Below are positions 11,501 through 22,513 of a DNA stretch of 64,000 nucleotides, piece after piece. Location: assembly GCA_051362555.1 (NCBI GenBank), contig CM120642.1, positions 18,290,001-18,354,000 of the forward strand. The letters run 5' to 3'. Position 1 is the stretch's first letter, and each line of letters starts with the position of its first letter. The DNA comes from Lingula anatina (lineage: Eukaryota; Animalia; Brachiopoda). A model generated the notes under the pieces. That model did no database searches. It was given only the letters and a program-made list of their open reading frames with translations, and had not been told where the DNA came from. Made by a program: the position numbers and the translations under genes.

Positions 11501-14500
11501 GCATCAGGTTGCCGTGGGTGATATGCTTTATCATGACCAGTATTTTTATTTATCATAATAAACATTTTGCATAATTATCATCACAGAATCTTCTATCAAA
11601 AGGTTGCCTAACGCCTATAGACCTCACCTTTGCTCTGGACGGTTCGTCTAGCATGAAGGACGAGCTCTTCAACAGCCAACTGGACTTCGTGCAAAACATG
11701 GTCGCCACGTTCGCTGTCGGGCAGTCTAAAGGTACCGCTTCGATCTTTTTTTCCGTCTTACTTTAGGTTAGAAAACATACCTATATACATATTTTATGTC
11801 TTAATTGTCGCCAAAGTTTTTTCAGTAATTGCGTTATCAAAGACCGGTGTACAAAGTAGAAAAGACATTGCCACTATCTACTACTGGTATATCTTTTATG
11901 GAATGCAAAACCATAACACCTGTTTGCAAGTTGTTGCTTGTTTCCCTCGGAGGTTATCTAAACTTAGGACAAACCATAGGGTAGCTAAGTTAAGTTGCTT
12001 TTATTATCAGTGGCGGATCGAGAATTTTGTGAAGGGGGAGGGTCCAGTATTTTAGAGATTGACAGGCCTCGGATTGCAAGGCCGACCTTCACCCCCTTGG
12101 CGTCAGGTTCCGGACACGCTGGAGGACCCGAAAAAATTGGTGTTTTGGAGGGGAAGTGGCGCCATGTGGTACGGTTTAGAACTATGATTCAGCTAGATAT
12201 TGTTTGAAGCGTTTTTTTAAAATCTGAAATCAAAGGAGGGAGAGGGTCAGGACCCTACTGACAACCCCTAAATCCGCCAATGTACAGACTTGACATTTAA
12301 TATGGAATATTTTTTTCCAAATCATTTTTTATCAGTTTTTTCCTATTTTGCTGACTAATAAATGAAAACACGGATTAAAATCGTGTTTTAATAACTTTTA
12401 ATTATCTCTTTGATGTCATTGTGACATCAGTTCATTAATGGAATTCACCAGAGAAGCAAACAAAAACACATTGCCTATTCTATGTCATACGAAAACCTTT
12501 AAAAGAGATATTTTGGACCTCCATATTTTCCAAATTATTGTCTGTAAAAGAGTTACACACTCCACAAAGGACCCTCATGTCAGTGTCTAGTCAGAGCAGT
12601 GGTCGCTGTTACGCCTGTCCTCTTCTGGCTGCTACCAGCGCTCTCAAGTGGCAAGGCATTCCTTGGGATATGTTTTTAAATTTCAATCTGGAATAGCATT
12701 CCAGGCACCGGTCAAAATCTGTCTAATTTGGTTCCGTTTTGTTGTAGGACATGTAGGCCATTGATTCGGCCAGTAATAGCCTACCCACATATTGTCTGTG
12801 TGGTTCAAATATGGCGATTTTGATGACCAAGGTAGCTGCTCATTCCCTTGGTTCTGTAAGTAATCTGCTTTTAAAAGTGCTCTGTGTGAACGGGCAATCT
12901 CACCATGCCACCTAAAATTGTTCCTAAGTTGCCCCCTATCAAATGATAGCCAAGTGGTTCCCAGATTATTTCTTTATTTGATCTGGTTCAGGTTTTCGTT
13001 GATGACTACCAGTGGTGTTTTTGCACCAATATGGTATCCACTCCAAATACTGACGCTTTTAATGACTTTAGTCACTTCAGACGCGGCACACGCTTCGTCA
13101 TTGGCCTCCTCTGGATGTCTGTAAACTCTGTTTGGACTGTTGAGCGGTACAGGTGAAATCTGACCTCAACAAAGAAAGCCACGAGATTTCAGGGTTCAAC
13201 CCAGAAACAGTCAAGGTCTCCAATTCATTAGAGAAACATACAGCGATGTTTTGCTGTTTACAGTGGGTTCCTCGGAGGTCGTCTGGTATTCTAACCTGCT
13301 AAAACCAGTTTGGTGTTCGCTAAGGGCCTTGAAAAATGCGTTTTGGTGGCAATTTACCCCTCATTCTGAACAGACTGGGTGGTTTTTGTTTAGTTGCAAC
13401 AGCATATCCCGAAAGACAGTGGGTCCTGTACCCTGGTGGTAAGATTTCAATACATAGGGTGTGGCCTCTGTGTAGGTACATCAGTCTGGGCATTACTCTA
13501 TAAAACTGTGCGGACCGTTTCTTTTGGCACAATTATCTGTCTGGCAATGCCTGTATTTTTCGCGCCATTCTGCCACAGATTAACAAATTTGTAAAGCACT
13601 GCATAGCTCATTTTACACACTGCAAACCCGACCACTTGCATGCAAAATTTCAAATTCTTCTATGCAGTAGTTGCCGACATATGGATAGTTTTTTGACAGA
13701 ACCATGCTTTGCCAAAACCAAGCCTTGACCTGCCCAAAGGAGCACTACCAAATTAAATCACTGCATATTACATAATGCAGCAGCGCAACAAACCTGGTAT
13801 TCAGTTAATTAGTAGCGACACACCTGACTACACACTTCTCCATGTGAAAAAAGAACGCATTTTCACCTAGGCATACATTCGAAACTGAAATATTCCATAT
13901 TAAATGTCAAGTCTGTATTATCATAACATTGCATATTTTCTATTATTTTAGATCACGTTGGATTTGTAAGCTACGGCACCAAAATTGGCACATCTGTGGG
14001 TCTTAACAAGTTCAAAACAACGGCGGAGGTACTTGAAGGTCTTGGAAAATTAACCTCTCCTAAAGGGCTGACTAACACCTATCTGGCGATAGAAGATATG
14101 ATCAAGACACTGAATAATGGTAAGTTGTGCATGTTATATTACTTACACGTCCGCCCTCCTGTTCGCTCGCATGCAAGCAAACAAACACACCACAGACACA
14201 CACACATAGTAAAATGGATGTTCAACCCGCAAACTAGAATTAGATATATTTTTGAAAACTTTGAATGTTGAAGCTTTTGTATCTTCATTCTAACACAAAA
14301 AATAATAAATTTACATTTTCTCAAATCACCTTTTCATTGTGAGAGAGTCCTAAGATTCATAATAATTCATTTCTCTCTCTCTCTCTCAAGGTGCACGCAC
14401 TAACGTTCGCAAAATAGCCATCATTTTGACGGACGGACAATCTCATAATTCGAAACAAACAAACAAGGCCGCCAAAAATCTACGTGGTTTGGGAGCTGAG

Positions 14501-17500
14501 CTCTACGTCATTGGTGTAGGGGTAAAAGACACAACGGGAGTGACGAAGTTGGCGGGAGATGCCTCCAGAGTATTTACCACGACCGATTTTAAGAATGCGC
14601 TAGATCTGAAACGTAATATTGGATCAGCTGTTTGCGGGGGTAAGTCTTGGTGGAAATGACCCTAATAAATTCTTTGTCGTGCCACACTGTCCACACACTG
14701 GAGTTCCGAATACCGGTCTATATAAAAACTTGTGGAAAATATACATGTGCAAGGTCCCATGTATGTTTTATATTGTACACTTGTGCCATTTTTCCATAAG
14801 TTTAATTTGTGTTATACCTACACTTGCTGGTCTTGTCCATCTATAGAGAATATTCCCAGAGACTATTGTCCTAACTTTGGATCGATCTATCTCTAAGGGA
14901 GTTCTCAATAAATTGCTATCAAGTTAAGCGGCCTAGATGTCTCGCACGCCCACTGAAGCTGTTAGAGGGCAATTTACTATCGTTTACTGCTTCAGAGCGT
15001 GTTAGACATCTAAGCCGTTCAAGTTAAAGGCAACCTAACGAGAAATCCCTTGGAGATTGGTCGATCCAGTTAGGTCGATCTAGGCATGGGAACCCAGTCT
15101 ATGTCTTTGCAGTAAACGCATCACTTTAGTTACCTATTACTGTATTTCTTGTTGCTCTGACATACAAGTCTTAAACATCTTGTTTAACCATTTGTATGAA
15201 TAATGCAATTGTAAAATACCAGTCTGCCTCACGTTTCTCTCTTTACATCACTAATAAGAACACACTGTCATGGAAAGAGTTAACACACTAGTGGAACAAA
15301 ACTTGAGAACATATGAATATTTGCATTAGTTTTGTTGTAGATAAATGTTCCACAAATGTGTGTAGAAATGGTGGCACGTGTCACATGGGACCTGGTGGTA
15401 AAGAACGCTGTGATTGTGCCCCCGTCTTCACTGGCGTCAAGTAAGATTTCACTTTCTTTCTTTGTCTATTAGGCCACACTTTTTTATTTTTATGGATGAC
15501 ATCCTCTGGGTACCCCAAAATCGGTGCGAGAGGGCGAAAAAAAAAAAAAAACAGTCCAAAAAAAAAAAAAAACTGCTTAAGTAAAGGAATGCTGTCAGTA
15601 CACAGCTGGAAACACAAATTTAACCACAGAAACACGTATCAAACTAACAATATGTCTTTATCCATGCTCTCAAAATATTAAAGCATTGTGAATACTTCGT
15701 AGAAATGTAAAAAAAGTCATGAATTGATATACTTCATATTACCAAATCTATTTAAGGTTATTTCATGCATTCATTTGGTATAGCAATCAATAAAACAAAT
15801 ATCAATCAAACAGTGTGTCTTTATTTGTATTCTCAGAATATTAAAACATTTTGAACACTTCACAGAAATGTTTAAAAAATGATGCAAAGATATGCTTAAT
15901 ACTACCAAATCTATTAAAGGTCATTTCAGACGATGCCATTTTGTCAACTTCAACTCACACGAAGCAGCTAAACTGTCAGGTGGCCTGTCCGACCTTCAGC
16001 CCACCAAATACCTCGACGCCCTTGTCGACCCTTTTTTCGCTACAGAAAACCTGGTATTAATGTGCTGCTTTATACAGAATGTCACAGAAATGTTTCGGCC
16101 GCCGCCAGCCTTTCGCACAATTGTAAAAAGGTGATATCTCCATGCCCAATATCAATGGCATACCAATCCAAAACGATGGCGCCCGTTCTCTTTATGACTT
16201 TTATTGTTGTGTAATTTGAAAGTAATCCTAGAGATGAATTTGACAGCAAAGTGGCCGCATTTCCACGTGGCGAAAATACGCATGCGCAGAAAGCTCATTT
16301 CCTTGCAAATTCAATAACAACGTTTGCGACAACCGACTTCGTTGGGGGCTGGGGGGGAGGGCATTTTTTTTTTTTTTTTTTTTTGGAGAACGGGCGAAAA
16401 TCCGTGCGCGCGCAGGATGTCATCCATAAAATTAAAAAAGTGTGGCCTTATGTTAAATAAAAAAAGACATCACTAAATTTCCTAAAGACTGACATTTGAA
16501 TCTTGGCAAAAGCGTGTTTTTTGAGCGAATGGTCAAAAATGGTTCGGAATGTGTGACAAAAAAGTACCAAAAGACTCCCAGTTTATGATCTCTTAATGGG
16601 AACAAATGTAAAAAAAAGTACGCCATGACTTACTTGAATATTCTATTGTGTGATTCAGATGTGAGACAAACATAAACCAATGCGGCCTCAACAACCCATG
16701 TTTGAATGGTGCAACATGTAAGATGGATCTCAAGACTGCTGCCGTCGTCTGCTCTTGTCCGCCTGGGTTCAGTGGGAAATTGTGTAATATCAAAGATCCC
16801 TGCGCTAGTCTTATCTGTGCCAATGGTGGAAAGTGCCTAGCAAATGGAAAGAATGCCATTTGCAACTGCCCGCAAGGGTTCGCCGGTGATAGATGCCAAA
16901 CCATAATTTACTGTGCCTCACACCCTTGTCAAAATGGCGGGAGCTGTCAGGAGGGCAATGGGAAATATTCTTGTGTCTGCCAGCGAGGGTTTTCTGGGGT
17001 GAACTGTGAATTGCCCATTGACCATTGTTTGTCATCACCCTGTAAGAACGGTGCAAGCTGCTCCAGCGTTCCCGGTCAGTACATTTGTGTCTGTGCTGCC
17101 GATTTCACGGGTAAAACATGTGATAAGAAGATAGACAATTGCGCGTCCAGACCATGTCAACATGGCGGCGCCTGTGTGGATGGAATCAATGACTTTTCTT
17201 GCAAATGTCCAAATGGATTTAAAGGGAAAACGTGTAGCGAAATCGATGGGTGCCACTCAAACCCTTGCCAGAACCAGGGTCTCTGTGTCACGGTCGACAT
17301 ATTAGGAGGATTTAAATGTACGTGCCGTGCAGGATTCACGGGAACCAAATGTGAGAGCAATATAAACGAATGTGCATCGCAGCCGTGTGTCAATAACGCT
17401 ACATGTGTGGATGGTGTGAACTCGTTTTACTGCCAGTGCTTCCCGGGCACCGTGGGATCAACTTGTAGCATAGTCACAGACGGCTGCTGGTCAAGCCCGT

Positions 17501-20500
17501 GTAAGAACGGCGCCACGTGTAAAAGGAGGTTTGGAGGCTACACATGCCAATGTCCACCAAAATATACCGGCAAAAATTGCCAAACTGAGATCAATTTCTG
17601 CGCTTCGAACCCATGTCAGAACGGCGCCGCGTGCATTGACGGGAAATCCGGATTCAGCTGCCGGTGTCTCAAACACTTCACAGGGCCTACGTGTGGGACA
17701 GCGGTGGATTACTGCATGTCTTCGCCGTGTCGTAATGGAGGCACATGTCAACGAAAACTTGGCGGCTACACATGTAAGTGCGGTGCAGCATTTCAGGGGG
17801 TTCACTGTGAAACTGCAGTCGACTTTTGCCGATCTTCACCGTGTTCAAACGGTGGCAAATGTACAAGTCAGCCGAGCGGGTACCAATGCGTTTGTCCTGC
17901 GTTTTACACCGGCAAACAGTGTCAGACGCAGATAAATTTCTGCAATTCTTCTCCATGCCTGAACGGAGCAGCGTGTAACAGTGTGTTGGGAGGTTACAGT
18001 TGTAAATGCAGTCCTTTTTACACCGGTAAACAGTGCCAGACGCAGGTAGATTTCTGCAAGTCGTCCCCATGTTTAAATGGAGCAACTTGTAACGGTGTGT
18101 TGGGCGGTTACAGTTGTAAATGCAGTCCTTTTTACACCGGTAATCATTGTCAGACGCAGATAGATTTCTGCAAGTCGTCCCCATGTTTGAATGGAGCAAC
18201 GTGTAACAGTGTGTTGGGCGGTTACAGCTGTAAATGTGGGCCTTTTTACTCCGGTAAACATTGCCAGACGCAAGTAGATTTCTGCAAGTCGTCCCCCTGT
18301 TTAAATGGCGGTATATGTGTCCCGCAGCTTGGTGGCTTTAAATGCACTTGTCCTTCTTTCTACATGGGTAAAACATGCGGTACTCAAATCAATTTTTGTC
18401 AGTCTAACCCCTGCCAGCATGGGTCCACGTGTCAGCCTAAACTTGGAGGTTATTCTTGTAGTTGTAACAACCATTACACCGGTAATCGTTGTCAGACGCA
18501 GATAGATTTCTGCAACTCTTCCCCATGTTTGAACGGAGCAACATGTAACAGTGTGTTGGGGGGTTACAGTTGTAAATGCGGTCCTTTTCACACCGGTAAA
18601 CATTGCCAGACGCAAATAGATTTGTGCCAATCATCCCCATGTTTGAATGGAGCAACGTGTAACAGTGTGTTGGGAGGTTACAGTTGTAAATGCGGTCCTT
18701 TTTACACCGGTAAACATTGCCAGACGCAAGTAGATTTCTGCAATTCTTCCCCTTGTTTGAACGGAGCAACGTGTAACAGTGTGTTGGGCGGTTACAGCTG
18801 CAAATGCGGTCCTTTTTACACCGGTAAACATTGTCAGACTCAAGTAGATTTCTGCAAGTCGTCCCCATGTTTAAATGGCGGTATATGTGTCCCGCAGCTT
18901 GGTGGCTTTAAATGCACGTGTCCTTCTATCTACATGGGTAAAACATGCGGTACTCAAATCAATTTTTGTCAGTCTAACCCCTGCCAGCATGGGTCCACGT
19001 GTCAGCCTAAACTTGGAGGTTATTCTTGTAGTTGTAACAATCATTACACCGGTAATCATTGCCAGACGCAGATAGATTTCTGCAATTCTTCCCCATGTTT
19101 GAACGGAGCAACATGTAACAGTGTGTTGGGGGGTTACAGTTGTAAATGCGGTCTTTTTCACACCGGTAAACATTGCCAGACGCAAATAGATTTTTGCAAT
19201 TCGTCTCCATGTTTGAACGGAGCAACATGTAACAGTGTGTTGGGGGGTTACACTTGTAAATGTCCTGTTTTCTTCACCGGTAATCAATGTCAGACGCAGA
19301 TAGATTTCTGCAAGTCGTCCCCATGTTTAAATGGAGCAACTTGTAACGGTGTGTTGGGCGGTTACAGTTGTAAATGCAGTCCTTTTTACACCGGTAAACA
19401 TTGCCAGACGCAAGTAGATTTCTGCAATTCTTCCCCTTGTTTGAACGGAGCAACGTGTAACAGTGTGTTGGGGGGTTACAGTTGTAAATGCAGTCCTTTC
19501 TACACCGGTAAACATTGCCAGACGCAAGTAGATTTCTGCAAGTCGTCCCCCTGTTTAAATGGCGGTATATGTGTCCCGCTGCTTGGTGGCTTTAAATGCA
19601 CGTGTCCTTCTTTCTACATGGGTAAAACATGCGGTACTCAAATCAATTTTTGTCAGTCTAACCCCTGCCAGCATGGGTCCACGTGTCGGCCTAAACTTGG
19701 AGGTTATTCTTGTAGTTGTAACAATCATTACACCGGTAATCATTGCCAGACGCAGATAGATTTCTGCAATTCTTCCCCATGTTTGAACGGAGCAACATGT
19801 AACAGTGTGTTGGGCGGTTACAGTTGTAAATGCAGTCCTTTTTACACAGGTAAACATTGCCAGACGCAAGTAGATTTCTGCAATTTTTCCCCTTGTTTGA
19901 ACGGAGCAACGTGTAACAGTGTGTTGGGGGGTTACAGTTGTAAATGCGGTCCTTTCTACACCGGTAAACATTGCCAGACGCAAGTAGATTTCTGCAAGTC
20001 GTCCCCATGTTTAAATGGCGGTATATGTGTCCCGCTGCTTGGTGGCTTTAAATGCACGTGTCCTTCTTTCTACATGGGTAAAACATGCGGTACTCAAATC
20101 AATTTTTGTCAGTCTAACCCCTGCCAGCATGGGTCCACGTGTCGGCCTAAACTTGGAGGTTATTCTTGTAGTTGTAACAATCATTACACCGGTAATCATT
20201 GCCAGACGCAGAAAGATTTCTGCAATTCTTCCCCATGTTTGAACGGAGCAACATGTAACAGTGTGTTGGGCGGTTACAGTTGTAAATGCAGTCCTTTTTA
20301 CACCGGTAAACATTGCCAGACGCAAGTAGATTCCTGCAATTCTTCCCCTTGTTTGAACGGAGCAACGTGTAACAGTGTGTTGGGAGGATACAGTTGTAAA
20401 TGCAGTCCTTTCTACACCGGTAAACATTGCCAGACGCAAGTAGATTTCTGCAAGTCGTCCCCATGTTTAAATGGCGGTATATGTGTCCCGCTGCTTGGTG

Positions 20501-21351
20501 GCTTTAAATGCACGTGTCCTTCTTTCTACATGGGTAAAACATGCGGTACTCAAATCAATTTTTGTCAGTCTAACCCCTGCCAGCATGGGTCCACGTGTCG
20601 GCCTAAACTTGGAGGTTATTCTTGTAGTTGTAACAATCATTACACCGGTAATCATTGCCAGACGCAGATAGATTTCTGCAATTCTTCCCCATGTTTGAAC
20701 GGAGCAACATGTAACAGTGTGTTAGGAGGTTACAGTTGTAAATGTGGTCCTTTTTACACAGGTAAACATTGCCAGACGCAAGTAGATTTTTGCAAGTCCA
20801 CTCCATGTTTGAACGGAGCAACGTGTAACAGTGTGTTGGGAGGGTACAGCTGTAAATGTGGGCCTTTTTACACCGGTAAACATTGCCAGACGCAGATAGA
20901 TTTCTGCAAGTCGTCCCCATGTTTGAATAAGGCTACCTGTAAAAGTAACCTCGGTGGCTATCAGTGTATATGTCCTTCGTTTTACACTGGCAAGCATTGT
21001 GGGACCCAAATCGATATCTGTCAGCCCAACCCATGTCAGCAAGGGTTCGCTTGCGCTCCAAAGTTTGGGGGCTACGACTGCACCTGCCCGCCTACCCACA
21101 CGGGAACCCGCTGTGAGCAATGCCTGTGTCAGAACGGAGGTAGATGTGACTACAGTCCTAGTGACGGTCACGTGTGTCGCTGCAAGGCGGGGTTTATCGG
21201 GACGAAGTGTGAGACTGATGAGAACGAATGCATCAGCTACCCATGCTATCATGGCGTATGTAGGGACTTGGTTAACGACTATAAATGTGACTGTGACCCC
21301 GGATACACAGGTAAAAACTGTGACGTTAAGTCTGGCAGCTTGATTGGTTAA
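2558..21351 (+). CDS. Secreted LamG/pentraxin-like + VWA + 42xEGF protein, copy A, ~2030 aa. Exons 2558-2621, 10164-10823, 11008-11037, 11603-11731, 13952-14119, 14391-14639, 15341-15440, 16659-21351
   Basis: Exon 1 encodes the signal peptide [21 protein letters not shown]. All introns are GT-AG with consistent phases (total 6093 nt). Exon 2 is LamG/ConA-like (WNYLTISYD...FRVG...[12 protein letters not shown]). The VWA has an intact MIDAS ([11 protein letters not shown]...TNT...IILTDG). EGF repeats follow CxxxPCxNGxTC...YxCxCxxxYTGxxC. The first seven exon sizes are identical in copy B. Confidence 0.9.
4097..5369 (+). pseudogene. Kolobok accessory gene KolX (P2X7 cytoplasmic 'ballast'-like Cys-rich protein), frameshifted; exons ~4097-4341, 4810-5036, 5224-5369
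   Basis: Spliced motifs: YQFEP...RVGNTEW|[20 protein letters not shown]...CIIMHPGF...CLNPYALE...|[19 protein letters not shown]...[10 protein letters not shown]...YMGF. Frameshifts near 4876 and 5288. Confidence 0.85.
5796..6895 (-). pseudogene. Kolobok transposase remnant: N-terminal THAP zinc finger joined to C-terminal tail, catalytic core deleted
   Basis: THAP motif [10 protein letters not shown]...HRFP...RRQW...LCEAHF...LKEDSVPTI (exon 6895-6530). The next exon jumps near 6209 into [21 protein letters not shown], followed by a last exon (5974-5796) [10 protein letters not shown]...VHRF. Confidence 0.8.
12008..12282. mobile_element. hAT-like MITE (CAGTGGCGGAT...ATCCGCCAnTG), shared with copy B (45702-45978)
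   Basis: Terminal inverted repeats, flanked by tattat in copy B. Present in both units, so it predates the duplication. Confidence 0.65.
12285..13915 (-). mobile_element. Tc1/mariner element with decayed transposase
   Basis: 28-bp perfect TIR CAGACTTGACATTTAATATGGAATATTT, TA TSD (12283-84, 13916-17), and an empty site in copy B (~45979). Minus-strand remnants include an HTH-like [17 protein letters not shown] and [22 protein letters not shown]...ARSHRA...[17 protein letters not shown] (cf. Tc1 WPSxSPDLNPIENLW), with stops and frameshifts. Confidence 0.88.
14859..15099. mobile_element. Palindromic MITE-like repeat (agact...agtct); related copies at ~30970-31190 and ~46939-47183
   Basis: Internal inverted symmetry (ggatcgatctatctctaaggga...tcccttggagattggtcgatcc), three copies in the window. 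Confidence 0.55.
15472..16447. mobile_element. Non-autonomous DNA transposon with TTA TSD (PIF/Harbinger- or Zator-type) in intron 7 of copy A
   Basis: ~35-bp TIR GGCCACACTTTTTT...ATGGATGACATCCT, TTA on both sides (15469-71, 16448-50). Absent from the 195-bp intron of copy B. Confidence 0.8.
17925..20900 (+). repeat. Coding tandem array of 114-bp EGF modules (26 modules, order A3-BC-A3-BC-A4-BC-A2-BC-A2-BC-A2)
   Basis: A = [23 protein letters not shown]; B = [23 protein letters not shown]; C = [23 protein letters not shown]. Near-identical at the DNA level. Confidence 0.92.
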
Positions 21352-22507
21352 AGTATTGTCAGTTTTATTTACAGTTCAAAACCCTTTCACACTTTTCTGT
21401 ATGAGAGAGAGAATGTCAATTTCGTAGCCTGGCTTTTTAATATGAGAGCCACTTTAACCCTCTACTCGATATGTCCACTTTACAGGAATAATTTTGATCC
21501 ATAATTGGTATATTGGTGCTTGTTTAAGAGACAAAAAAACAAAAAAACCTTGGCAGCGTAATTACACATTAAGAGCAGTCAAACTGGTACGATACAGAAA
21601 AGTGTACCCTAAAAAGGGCCACAGAGACTAAGACTAAATGCACGTTTTTGCTGGAAATAAGTCCTTTAGTTGTAGTTCCTAAATAGCATTTTGTGTTATA
21701 ACAAACGAACAATGTCTTCATTCTGTTGGCATTACGAGAATGCATTCGGTCACATCTAGCTTATTTGCGACCATAGCTTTAAGTAATATTTGTCTCTTGA
21801 ACTTTTATTTGTTTAATTGGATCGCTTAAATTTTAAGAATAGTTTACGGAATTTATGAAATATGTAAGACAAGGCCTTAAAGTAAAAAAAATGTGACCAC
21901 AGTCACATGTTTGGTATATACATGGATGTTCTTGTGTGATGCAAAAAGATGCTCCGACTGAAGGCTGCATTGCAATTGGCTGGATTTCAAATTTCTTTGG
22001 ATTTACAGATTGGTCAACACAGTATGTTTTCAGAATGCCGGTGTAACGAAACTGAGGGTCCGTGTAACAGTAAGTCCGCCCTCCATTTAGTTATAATGGT
22101 TAGGGTTAGGGGTCAAAATCTAGGGCTAGGCTTACCTATACTAATGAATTGGAAGCGGACCCTCTATAACCGGGGGGGGGGGGGGGGGGGGGAGGGGGGG
22201 GTTGGAGGGGGGGGTCTGTGTCATGTTACACCGGCCATGTAGGGATGAGCTAAAAGACGTGCTGTTGAGTTTAACCAACTAAATAATTGGTTAGTTCAAT
22301 TAAGCGAAATCCGTTTATGGAATGACTTATATTACTAAGTGAGGTTGAAATTAGTGAAACTTAAAACTTTCATTAGGAAAACTTGAAATTATGCCTTGTG
22401 TTGAATTAAGGCTTGGATGAAGAAAGGGTTTTCGGGTGTATTTTGAAAAGATTCTTGTTTAACTTTAACAAAAACGCTTGTAGTTACATTTAAAAAAATA
22501 AAAGATC

Positions 22508-22513
22508 AATAAA
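22508..22513 (+). terminator. Putative polyadenylation signal of EGF gene copy A (matching site in copy B at 52309-52314)
   Basis: AATAAA conserved in both paralogs and followed by a GT/T-rich tract. Confidence 0.5.

Noticed and set aside
16593-21343. Numerous overlapping antisense and alternative-frame ORFs (also 47464-51266, including the 349-aa minus ORF)
   Set aside because: Shadows of the 114-bp coding repeat with no independent protein features.
16702-21351. Calling the EGF ORFs Notch, Crumbs or fibropellin
   Set aside because: No LNR, TM, ankyrin, CUB or avidin domain. The ORF ends in a stop right after the last EGF and splices to upstream VWA and LamG exons. The listed start is an internal TTG.
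22090-22215. Interstitial telomere (ggttagggttaggg) or G-quadruplex element
   Set aside because: Only about two units, internal to the MITE family. The long G-run is absent from the paralogous copy.
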